A stretch of 64,000 nt of DNA from an uncultured Acidobacterium sp. Its GTDB lineage: Bacteria; Acidobacteriota; Terriglobia; Terriglobales; Acidobacteriaceae. Location of the stretch: NCBI GenBank assembly GCA_964535525.1, contig CAZHTJ010000001.1:197786-261785 (forward strand). Direction: 5' to 3'. The notes beneath the pieces are model-generated. The model was not told where the DNA came from and did no database searches. It saw only the letters and a list, made by a program, of their open reading frames with translations. This document shows positions 54,559-62,719 of this stretch, piece after piece (the stretch's first letter is position 1; every line of letters begins with the position of its first letter). The position numbers and the translations under genes are program-made.

Positions 54559-55542
54559 TCACTCTGCGATTGCTCCTTTCATCGCGGCTTCCGCTTTCTG
54601 CCCCAATGTTCGGACGTACCGGGGACTGCATCCCAGCGCCGTCGCTATTGCCTTGTCATCACTTCCTGCCCAGCGCATCTCGATTACGACTCGCTGATGT
54701 TCGGGTAGCTGTGTGATCAGCTTGCGCAGGAGGCGTCGGTCATGGTCGGGACGGGATGGCGCACCGTCTGCCGCGTCACGGGTCGGAATCACTTCATCTT
54801 CATCCACTACAGTCTCGCTCCCATCCTCGCTCTCGGTTGGAGGTTTGGTTTCATAATCGAAGTGGACATGCTCCCGCCATTCCTCCGCGTCGCGTCCTGC
54901 TCTTACAATGATGAGCGTCTGAGTGAGTCTGTAGTTAGGACTGGCTTTCAACTTATGGAAGAGCTTCAGCGTGGATAGCTGCACCACGTCGGGAATGTCG
55001 TCACCCAGCCGTGGCCACTTTGCCCGGAGGTGAAAGGTGGCGTACTCCGATATCACCTGGCAGAGTTGATCGTCGCTAAGTGTGCCCTGCAACCATCCCT
55101 GGTGGGTTGTGGTGATGGTTTTGGGCGCATGGTCTTTGCCCCAGTAGTGTCGGTCATCCGCTCCGGTCTGTGCGTCCGCCGTTTCCTGGCTGCCCCTCTC
55201 ACCCTCTTTCGCATGCAGCGTGAATGGCTGATCTGGGATTCGCTCCACAACGGTCACCGGCAACGCGCAGCGGTACCGTAGGGCCGCCTGCTCCTCTTCC
55301 GTGCCCCAGACGCCCCGCCACTGGTCCGACCGTGTTTCGTCGAACTCACGCAGCGTGTGGGCATGGGGCAGTTGCTTGCTCAAGCTGAGTGCATGAATGG
55401 GACCGGGCGCGGGTGGATTCCTCCACTTCGGCCCCTTCTCTGCAACAAACTCACTTGGAAACTTTGGATATTGCCCCAGACCTTTGCCAGGACGTGCGAG
55501 TGCCCACTGAGTCAAAACCGATCCTCGTGCGCACGTGTGCAA
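54559..55542 (-). CDS. Sigma-70 region 2/4-like (ECF-type) protein with ~180-aa unknown N-terminal extension
   Basis: C-terminus LPEHQRVVIEMRWAGSDDKAIATALGCSPRYVRTLGQKAEAAM (region 4 HTH). DDIPDVVQLSTLKLFHKL...IIVRAGRDAEEWRE is region-2-like. The likely start is the TTG at 55515 (GAGGA 7 nt upstream) rather than the TTG at 55542. Confidence 0.6.
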   Translation of the reverse strand: MHTCARGSVLTQWALARPGKGLGQYPKFPSEFVAEKGPKWRNPPAPGPIHALSLSKQLPHAHTLREFDETRSDQWRGVWGTEEEQAALRYRCALPVTVVERIPDQPFTLHAKEGERGSQETADAQTGADDRHYWGKDHAPKTITTTHQGWLQGTLSDDQLCQVISEYATFHLRAKWPRLGDDIPDVVQLSTLKLFHKLKASPNYRLTQTLIIVRAGRDAEEWREHVHFDYETKPPTESEDGSETVVDEDEVIPTRDAADGAPSRPDHDRRLLRKLITQLPEHQRVVIEMRWAGSDDKAIATALGCSPRYVRTLGQKAEAAMKGAIAE

Positions 55543-55571
55543 CTACCGAAGGAGGCAGTCTGCACACGTGC
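55531..55571. promoter_or_regulatory. Operator-like motif pair: GCACGTGTGCAACTACC + inverted TGCACACGTGC
   Basis: Two copies in inverted orientation, 13 nt apart, directly upstream of or overlapping the start region of the sigma-like gene. Confidence 0.45.
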
Positions 55572-55686
55572 ATTTTCCTTTGGGATGGTTCGCTCTTGAG
55601 GCACCCTCGGGAGAGGGTCAGAGCCGGGAGCTTGTCCGCTAAATTCTGCGTCCAGTGGTCTCCTGATGATGTGGTGTGTAATTCAA

Positions 55687-55763
55687 GACTAAATGTTTTG
55701 GGGGATGGGTGTCAAGGAAAATCGGGGAGTTTAAATTAGATCACGGGTTGGAAGATGCGTCAA
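55687..55763 (-). promoter_or_regulatory. Two tandem sigma-70-like promoters facing the sigma-like gene
   Basis: Minus strand: TTGACG-17-TCTAAT (55763-55735) and TTGACA-17-TTAGTC (55715-55687). Confidence 0.3.
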
Positions 55764-55800
55764 GCAGCGCGGTGCGGGGTGTTGCGGGGCGTGCGGAGTG

Positions 55801-56058
55801 CTACTTCTGATCCTCTGCGGCCCATTGCCGTTGGTAATCGCGCCAGCTTTGGTGGCCCTCGTACTGTGGAACCAATTCCTGCATGGCGCGCTCACACATC
55901 TTGTAGTTGATGTGGTTCGAGGGCCAGTCCAAGTCAAAGAGGAGGCCGTGCCCCTTCACCCATACGATTCGCTCTTCCGGAGACATCACGGATAGTGGGA
56001 CGCCGTTCAGACTCTCGGCAAGGGCGGTGAGTTTCTTCATTTTTTCGCTCGGGTTCAC
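55801..56058 (-). CDS. Hypothetical protein (first ORF inside attR)
   Basis: 85-aa ORF (alternative ATG at 56040). No domain recognised. Confidence 0.4.
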   Translation of the reverse strand: MNPSEKMKKLTALAESLNGVPLSVMSPEERIVWVKGHGLLFDLDWPSNHINYKMCERAMQELVPQYEGHQSWRDYQRQWAAEDQK

Positions 56059-56127
56059 AGGCAGATGCTAGCAGGCGGGAAGCCGGGTGGGACGTTGGAA
56101 ATGGAGAGCAGGCGAGAATTGGTACCC

Positions 56128-56204
56128 TTGACCTCTACCCTATTTCTACCCAGGAACGGTAGAGGTCAGGCACCGAATTTCGAGGGTGCTGACGAGGGTG
56201 CTGA
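56128..56204. promoter_or_regulatory. attR-proximal integrase-site cluster: inverted copies of a core fragment + tandem GAGGGTGCTGA
   Basis: ttgacctctacc (56128-56139) and ggtagaggtcagg (56158-56170) repeat part of the att core in inverted orientation. gagggtgctga occurs x2 at 56182-56204. Confidence 0.4.
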
Positions 56205-56284
56205 GGGTGGTTTAGGAGTGCTCTAGGGTGCTTTTCGGTGCCACCGGTGCTCCTAGAATCAATGGGTTACAACCCGATTTCGCT

Positions 56285-56330
56285 TTGACACGGTAGAGGT
56301 CAGGAGTTCGAGTCTCCTCGTGCCTACCAT
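56285..56330 (+). repeat. attR core (partial tRNA-Val 3' half; not a functional tRNA)
   Basis: Identical 46 bp to 46705-46750. The upstream sequence does not form the 5' half of a tRNA. Confidence 0.9.
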
Positions 56331-56693
56331 CCTTTCAGCAACTTACAGCGGAATCACGGCGTTGGATGCTCCATAGCTGGAGCAGTTCTTGCTACCAAAA
56401 CTCTACCAAGTCACATTCAGATGCAACGCATCTCTTTGATTCCGCGCCAGAGATAGCCGCAAAGACACCTATGACCTCTACCGCGCTCGAAAGGGGGTCA
56501 CGGCCTCCGATGCCTCATTCATCGCAGTCAGCAGGACGGAAATGGCTGGATGCCGGCTTGCAGCGACAAACTGACCGATTCCTGGAATCAGGCAGGCCAT
56601 TTCCGGGTTCCGCGTGCTGCAGAGGTGGCGCAGCAAGGACTACGAAAGGGGCCTCGGCGCAAGATCACAGGCAGAAACGCAGCAGAGAGCCCA

Positions 56694-58244
56694 TCATTGG
56701 AGACTCAGGAACTGCTGCAGGCTATCGGCCGCGCTCGCGACCGATCGCGCTAAGCTGAGCTTTGCCACGTTGTGGGCGAATACGCTGTTGATCACGTCAA
56801 GCTCAGCAGAGGTTAAGGACTCCTGGGCCTGCACAACCTCCACATTGTCGGTCACACCGGCATCGAAGCGCTGTCGCGTCAGGTCCAACGTTTCTCTTGT
56901 CACCTGGAGGTTCCTCTGAGCCACTTCTGCCTGGCTTGTTGCAGCCCTGAGGTCGAGGTAGGCGTTGCGGACGTCGCTTTCCACCTGGCTTCTGGTGTCT
57001 TCGAGTTCCGCTCGCCGCTGGGCCAAAGAAGCCTTTGCCTGCGTGATTTCTCCCTCTGTGCGGCCTCCCAGCCAAATCGGAACATTGAGAGTGGCGGCTC
57101 CAAGAAACGTCGTATGGGCCTGGGAAGGGTTTGTTCCGATTGCTCCGTAGTTGCCACTTACTGAAAGCGAAGGCAGTCGCTCATCACGAGCAGCGGCAAG
57201 TGTGTGTTCGGCGGCGCGAATTTGTGCCTGCGCGGCCATAATATCTGCACGATGCTCAAACGCCTGCTTGAGTGCGTCATCGAAGCTAAGATCAGGCGCA
57301 GCCGAAAAGGGTACCTCGTCGGTAAGATCGTATTCGTCGCCTGGAGGTAACCCAGTGATGCGGGCCAAAATGATTTTCTGCTTGGCCACTTCGTTCTCAA
57401 GCGAGATGACTCGTTGCTGCTGCGTAAGCTGTTCGACTTCGCTCCGGTCGACGTCTATTTGGGGCACCAATCCAACACTTCGCTTTTGCTGCGTCTGCTG
57501 AAAAAGAGCAGTAGCTGTCTCGAGTTGTGCGTGCGCGGACTTAACCCTTTCTCTTGTTGCAATCACTTGCAGATAAGCACCGCACACTGCAAGAACGACC
57601 AACTCTCGTGCATCCCGCGCGGCAAACTGGCTGGCGCGAAAAAGCTCTCTGGACGACCGATAGTTGTTCCACGCGGTCAGATCGACGATTGACTGAGAAA
57701 GGCTGCCGCGCAAATCGATGTTGTTAAAAGGTCCTATGGTCGGTGGGATGGTAAAGCCCGGAATTATGAGGCGCAGCCCCTCCGCCCCGAGGCTGATTTG
57801 CTGTATTGTTTCGGCCAGGTAGCCGCTCACATTGACAAGCAGGGCGCTTCGCGCAACCTGACTCTGCCCTTGAGCCTGACGTACAGCGTTGCTCTGGCCC
57901 ACCGCGCCAAGGTTATAGTCGAGTCCTCGCGCGATGGCTTCGCGGAGAGAGAGCTTCCCCGAAAACGGCATCGTGGCCGTGCTCGAAGCGCCGCCGGTAT
58001 ATGGTCCCTGAACCTGAACTGAAGGGTTTATCGTATCTACGCTGGTTGTCGTTCCTGCAATGGGAGATTCCACTGCGGTCACTGACCCGGTCTGTCCAGA
58101 GCGCCCGGAAAGGGGGAGCGGACTTGCCTGCGTACTCTGCGATTGGCCCGGCAGCGATGCGATGAGGAGGGTCCCTATGCAAAGAATCGCGGCAGTTCCC
58201 CCGATCCGGCGAATTGGCGTGGTCTTTGTCTTTCGATGATTCAT
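56694..58244 (-). CDS. TolC-family outer-membrane efflux protein
   Basis: Signal peptide and two internal repeats of coiled-coil/beta structure. Pattern LSLREAIARGLDYN..., ...AELDVINSV. Last gene of the ABC-2 operon. Confidence 0.85.
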   Translation of the reverse strand: MNHRKTKTTPIRRIGGTAAILCIGTLLIASLPGQSQSTQASPLPLSGRSGQTGSVTAVESPIAGTTTSVDTINPSVQVQGPYTGGASSTATMPFSGKLSLREAIARGLDYNLGAVGQSNAVRQAQGQSQVARSALLVNVSGYLAETIQQISLGAEGLRLIIPGFTIPPTIGPFNNIDLRGSLSQSIVDLTAWNNYRSSRELFRASQFAARDARELVVLAVCGAYLQVIATRERVKSAHAQLETATALFQQTQQKRSVGLVPQIDVDRSEVEQLTQQQRVISLENEVAKQKIILARITGLPPGDEYDLTDEVPFSAAPDLSFDDALKQAFEHRADIMAAQAQIRAAEHTLAAARDERLPSLSVSGNYGAIGTNPSQAHTTFLGAATLNVPIWLGGRTEGEITQAKASLAQRRAELEDTRSQVESDVRNAYLDLRAATSQAEVAQRNLQVTRETLDLTRQRFDAGVTDNVEVVQAQESLTSAELDVINSVFAHNVAKLSLARSVASAADSLQQFLSLQ

Positions 58245-58262
58245 ATCTCAGGTGCCCCGTCC

Positions 58263-59432
58263 CTAACTGAGCTGCTTTCGGAATCGCCAGACGCTGAGCG
58301 AGCCGAGCACCAGCGTGATAATGAGCAAGCCAAGGAAGTTCGGCCAAAGGTCCATGAAACCGCTGCCCTTAAGCGTGCTTCCACGAGCGATAGTTGCGAA
58401 ATGGTGAATTGGGTTCAGAACCGTGAAAGGCTGCAACCATTTCGGCATTGCCTCAACCGGATTGAGCGCTCCAGACAACGCTGACAGCGGAGGATTGACG
58501 AAAAAAGTCGTTAGCTGTGCTTGTTGAGCCGACTTGCTGAAGGTGGAGACCACGGTACCTATGCTGATGCCAGACAAGATGCACAACGCGCCACCGGCGA
58601 GCAGCAGAAGGAGGTTGCCGTGGAACGGAACCCCGAATACAAATTTGAGCACGCCCAGGGCCAGGAACATCATCAGGAATAGCAGCAAAAACAATGGTGT
58701 GATCTTGGCAATGATGATCTCCGATGTGCCGGCCGGGGATATGAGCAGTTGTTCGAGCGTCCCGGCTTCCCGCTCGCGAACCATGGCCGCGGCGCAAATG
58801 AGGGAACTATCCAGGATCAACAGCAATCCGAGCACGCCGGTGACGATAAACCACGAATCGACCAGACCGGGATTGTAAAGGAACGCCGGCTCAAGCTGCG
58901 CCCAACCGCGGCGGGCTAAGTTTGATCCATCAGTTGGCTGGACGCGGACATGAACTCCCTCGGCTTCCAGTCCTGTATTGAATCTCTGAATGATGCTTTC
59001 CGCATATCCGCGGCTAATCGTCGCGGTGTTTGCATTCGTAGCGTTCAGCAGGAACTGAATCGTCGTATGGCGGTCCCGAACCAGATCCCGCGCATAGTCG
59101 TAAGGAACGACCATTCCGGCATCGGCTTTGCCTCTGCTGACTGCATCTCCAAGTTGATCGGCCGACGAATAATAGCCCGCGAGGCGGAAACTCTTGCTCT
59201 CGGTCAGCGTCGCAATCAGCTCCCGGCTCTCGGGTGACCGGCTATCGTCGACGACAGCAAGACTGACGTTCGTTACTGCCGCGCTCAGGGCAAACCCCAC
59301 CAGAGTCAACTGCACGACGGGCAACACGATTAGAGTAAACATGAGTTTGCGGTCATGGCGAGTCTGAGCAAACTCCTTCCTGATAAGTGCGCGCAGACGA
59401 TAATTGATGAGGCGATCAAGAAGCTTTCTCAT
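58263..59432 (-). CDS. ABC-2 type transporter permease (YbhR/YbhS-like)
   Basis: N-terminal REF..TRHDRKLMF, a large periplasmic loop and 5 C-terminal TM segments. Confidence 0.85.
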   Translation of the reverse strand: MRKLLDRLINYRLRALIRKEFAQTRHDRKLMFTLIVLPVVQLTLVGFALSAAVTNVSLAVVDDSRSPESRELIATLTESKSFRLAGYYSSADQLGDAVSRGKADAGMVVPYDYARDLVRDRHTTIQFLLNATNANTATISRGYAESIIQRFNTGLEAEGVHVRVQPTDGSNLARRGWAQLEPAFLYNPGLVDSWFIVTGVLGLLLILDSSLICAAAMVREREAGTLEQLLISPAGTSEIIIAKITPLFLLLFLMMFLALGVLKFVFGVPFHGNLLLLLAGGALCILSGISIGTVVSTFSKSAQQAQLTTFFVNPPLSALSGALNPVEAMPKWLQPFTVLNPIHHFATIARGSTLKGSGFMDLWPNFLGLLIITLVLGSLSVWRFRKQLS

Positions 59433-59435
59433 GAT

Positions 59436-60539
59436 TTATGCCTTCACCTGCATCCGTCTCATGCCGAGCCAGGCCAGGCTATAGAAGGTGGCTCCAATCG
59501 CTCCGATGATAAGAACCCTGTACCACATGGCGGGCCATCCCCCGCCTTGCAGGAGCGCGTCGCGCACAATCTCGATGTAGTACCGGCCCCAGACAAGATC
59601 CGAAATCCAACGGAGCGCGGCCGGTATGTTTTGAACCGGAAAGATCAGGCCTGAAAACAAATAGACGAGCAGAAATCCGCCGAACGCCACAGCCTGCAAT
59701 GCCGCTGCCTGGTTGGGGATGACCGCACCGACCATGGTTCCAAACGCCGCCACGCAAAAGAAATAGAGGAGGGTAGCCACCAGGGCGGGCGTAGGATCGC
59801 CGGCAAAGCTCAGGCTGAAATAGGTAAACAAAAGCAAGGACATGATGAGACACTCGCCGAATGCAACGACCATGAACGCAATAATTTTCCCCAGCAGGAA
59901 CTCGTGCGCGGGAATGCTCGAGACGTAAACCTGCAGAATCGTTTTTAACTCGCCCTCTTTCGCCATGGCGAGCGCAGCCAGCAGAGGCGGGAACATGGAG
60001 AGGCCAAGCACGAATATTCCTGGGCCGAAGAACTTCTCCGAAGAGAGTCCGGGATTGAACCAGAGCCGGATGGCGGTCTGTATGGGGCCTGCTTGCGTTC
60101 CACTGCCCCGCTGGTTGTACGAGATTGAAATCTGGCCGGCATAAGCTGTAACTAGCTTCGCTGTATTTGCATCCGATGCGTCCACCAGCAATTGGACTGG
60201 CGCGTTAATGCCGCGCGCTATGTCGCGGCCAAAGTGCGGGGGGATGATCAGCACGGCTCGCGCGGCATTGGAGGCAAGGGCCCCTTCGGCGGTTCTATCG
60301 ATCGGCCATGGGACCACCTTCAGAGTTATCGAAGCCCGGAAAGCGTCGATAAAATCACGGGATGCCGGTGAACCATCAAAATCCTGTACGACAATCGGAA
60401 GTTCGTTCACTGTGAGCGAGAGCGCCGAGCTCATCAGGACAAGCAGGAAGGTGGGAAGGGCAAGGGCGAGAGCCAGGGTACGCCAGTCGCGAACAATCTG
60501 GGTCAACTCTTTGCGCGCCTGCGCAACGATACGCCTCAC
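59436..60539 (-). CDS. ABC-2 type transporter permease (YbhS/YbhR-like)
   Basis: Paralogous architecture to 58263-59432 (KELTQIVRDWRTL...). Confidence 0.85.
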   Translation of the reverse strand: MRRIVAQARKELTQIVRDWRTLALALALPTFLLVLMSSALSLTVNELPIVVQDFDGSPASRDFIDAFRASITLKVVPWPIDRTAEGALASNAARAVLIIPPHFGRDIARGINAPVQLLVDASDANTAKLVTAYAGQISISYNQRGSGTQAGPIQTAIRLWFNPGLSSEKFFGPGIFVLGLSMFPPLLAALAMAKEGELKTILQVYVSSIPAHEFLLGKIIAFMVVAFGECLIMSLLLFTYFSLSFAGDPTPALVATLLYFFCVAAFGTMVGAVIPNQAAALQAVAFGGFLLVYLFSGLIFPVQNIPAALRWISDLVWGRYYIEIVRDALLQGGGWPAMWYRVLIIGAIGATFYSLAWLGMRRMQVKA

Positions 60540-60551
60540 GCGAGCCCCTCC

Positions 60552-62582
60552 TTAGTCATCGGTGGCTGCCTTACCCTGAGTGCGCGCTGTTTCCACGATG
60601 GAGATAAACACATCTTCGAGCGACAGGGGGATTTCCCTCCCGCTGGTCACGTGGAGCCCGTTCTCTTCGAGCCGCTTTGTGGTTTCCCTGATGGCGGCAG
60701 ATGGGTCTCCGTCGGTGATCAGATGCAGGCGTTCGCCGAACAGGGACACTCGCCAGCTTTCTGTCTTGCTCCTGAGCAGGTCGGCGGCGCGTTGGGGCTG
60801 GTCGACGATGAGCTCCACTATGTGTCCGGATTGCTGACTTCTAATGCCGCTGGGTGTGCCCTCAGCGACAAGCTCTCCCGCGACCATCATTCCAAGACTG
60901 TTGCACTGTTCCGCTTCCTCCAGATAGTGGGTGGTCACGAGGATCGCTGCACCGCCGTCGGCCAGACGATTGATCATGGTCCAGAACGCGCGCCGTGCCA
61001 GAGGATCGACGCCCGAAGTCGGTTCATCCAGAAAGAGGATGTCCGGTTCGTGCATAATTGCGGCGCCGAAGGCCACGCGCTGCTTCCACCCTCCCGGCAG
61101 GCTCCCCGTAATCTGATTCTCTTTTCCTTCGAGACCCGAAAAGGAAAGCACCCATTTAATCTTTTCTTCGCGGTCCTGGTCGGGCACGCCATAGACGCCC
61201 GAAAAGAAATCGAGGTTTTCCCGAATCGTCAGGTCTTCATACAGAGAGAATTTCTGCGACATGTAACCGATGCGGTTGCGGACAGCTTCTGTCTTCAGAT
61301 TGCCGCCCGTACCACCCAACTCCATGGTTCCGCTTGTCGGGTCCAGCAACCCACAGAGCATCCGGATGGTTGTTGTCTTACCCGCCCCATTTGCTCCGAG
61401 AAGTCCGTACACTTCCCCATTTCGAATCTGAAGGCTCACATTCTTCACAGCCGTGAACGCTTTGAACTGCTTGACGAGATTCTTCGCGCCGACCGCAACT
61501 TGTCCGCGCAGACCGCTGTGATCGTGCTTTGCTGGAAACTCTGATGTGTCGGACTTCTCCCGCAGAGCACGCAGCTTGGCTACAAAAATGTTATCGAGTG
61601 TCGGTTCATCGACCCGCATCTGGTCGACGGACAGGCCTGCGCCCTTCAGCTTCTCGGCAACCCACTTTTGCTCCTTTTCCGGATCGTTTACCAGCAAATC
61701 GAGCCTGTCGCCAAACCGTTCGACGTCGATAACGTCGCTATCGGGCCCCGCCCCCGCGGAAAGCACGCTTTCCGCTTTCCTCAGGTCTGTGGTGCGGAGT
61801 TCGATCCGCTTCGCGCCCAGACTGGCGCATAGCTCCGTTGGCGTGCCGATCCGAAGAATCTCGCCCGAATACATAAAGGCGATCCGATGACACCTTTCAG
61901 CCTCATCCATGTACGGGGTAGCCACAAGGATCGTCAACCCCTCCGCCGTTAGGTGAGCCAGCGCGTCCCAGAACTCTCGACGAGACACAGGATCGACGCC
62001 GGTGGTTGGTTCGTCGAGCAGCAACACTTTCGGTTGTGGAACGAGCGCGCACACCAGAGCAAGCTTTTGTTTCATCCCGCCGCTCAGTTGGCCAGCGAGC
62101 CGGCCCGCGAATCGGTCCATATCGAACATTCGAAGATATTGAAGACTGCGATCCGCGATCTCATCCGGCGGAATGAGGCGCAGATCGCCGCTATAGCGAA
62201 TGTTTTCCGCAACAGTCAGATCGGGATAAAGACTGAAGTCCTGCGTCAAATACCCGGTTTGAGATCGCATATCCCGAGCCGGGCGGCCGAGGATCTTCGC
62301 GCTGCCCGCGGACGCTTCCATGACGCCAGCAAGAATCTGGAAAGTCGAAGTCTTACCGGCTCCATCCGGGCCAATCAGGCCAAACATCTCGCCGCGGGTC
62401 ACTTCAAATTCGATTCCGCGGATTGCCTCAAGCTTGCCATAGCGTTTTGACAGTCCGCGAACATCAATCGTCCGTTCGACTGCGACGGCTTTTCGAGCGT
62501 CAACCTCTCGCTCTGGGACCGCCTGTTCCGGCACAGCTCGATCTGGGCTAGTGGCGATCATTTGCGCCTGACCTTCGGCCAC
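60552..62582 (-). CDS. ABC transporter ATP-binding protein with two fused ATPase domains (YbhF-like)
   Basis: Two Walker A motifs (GPDGAGKT, GANGAGKT), two signatures (LSGGMKQK, LPGGWKQR) and two Walker B motifs. The start may be the ATG at 62561 (ATGA overlap with the upstream small ORF). Confidence 0.9.
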   Translation of the reverse strand: MAEGQAQMIATSPDRAVPEQAVPEREVDARKAVAVERTIDVRGLSKRYGKLEAIRGIEFEVTRGEMFGLIGPDGAGKTSTFQILAGVMEASAGSAKILGRPARDMRSQTGYLTQDFSLYPDLTVAENIRYSGDLRLIPPDEIADRSLQYLRMFDMDRFAGRLAGQLSGGMKQKLALVCALVPQPKVLLLDEPTTGVDPVSRREFWDALAHLTAEGLTILVATPYMDEAERCHRIAFMYSGEILRIGTPTELCASLGAKRIELRTTDLRKAESVLSAGAGPDSDVIDVERFGDRLDLLVNDPEKEQKWVAEKLKGAGLSVDQMRVDEPTLDNIFVAKLRALREKSDTSEFPAKHDHSGLRGQVAVGAKNLVKQFKAFTAVKNVSLQIRNGEVYGLLGANGAGKTTTIRMLCGLLDPTSGTMELGGTGGNLKTEAVRNRIGYMSQKFSLYEDLTIRENLDFFSGVYGVPDQDREEKIKWVLSFSGLEGKENQITGSLPGGWKQRVAFGAAIMHEPDILFLDEPTSGVDPLARRAFWTMINRLADGGAAILVTTHYLEEAEQCNSLGMMVAGELVAEGTPSGIRSQQSGHIVELIVDQPQRAADLLRSKTESWRVSLFGERLHLITDGDPSAAIRETTKRLEENGLHVTSGREIPLSLEDVFISIVETARTQGKAATDD

Positions 62583-62683
62583 TTGTCCCCCCCAACCAGG
62601 ACTTCGCCATCGACAGGGCCCAGCAACACTTCCTGATTCGGAAGCCGGATTCGGATTCGTTTCACTTCGGCCTCTGGATTCAT
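62558..62683 (-). CDS. 41-codon ORF at the position normally occupied by the HlyD-type membrane-fusion gene (possible remnant)
   Basis: MNPEAEVKRIRIRLPNQEVLLGPVDGEVLVGGDKWPKVRRK. Its stop overlaps the ATPase ATG as ATGA. Weak call. Confidence 0.25.
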   Translation of the reverse strand: MNPEAEVKRIRIRLPNQEVLLGPVDGEVLVGGDKWPKVRRK

Positions 62684-62719
62684 TTCAGTTCCCGTGCTTT
62701 GAATTCGGCCTTCCACCGA

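Larger units (their letters stand above)
46705..56330 (-). mobile_element. 9.6-kb integrative element in tRNA-Val: capsid-encoding phage-satellite-like island (or highly reduced prophage)
   Basis: Bounded by a perfect 46-bp direct repeat (attL 46705-46750, attR 56285-56330). Integrase lies next to the tRNA. All ORFs are on the minus strand. Head genes are present, but TerL, protease, tail, lysis and replication genes were not found. Confidence 0.75.

Noticed and set aside
56285-56330. A second tRNA-Val gene.
   Set aside because: Only the 3' 46 nt are present, and the upstream sequence cannot form the acceptor or D arms. It is the attR duplicate created by integration.
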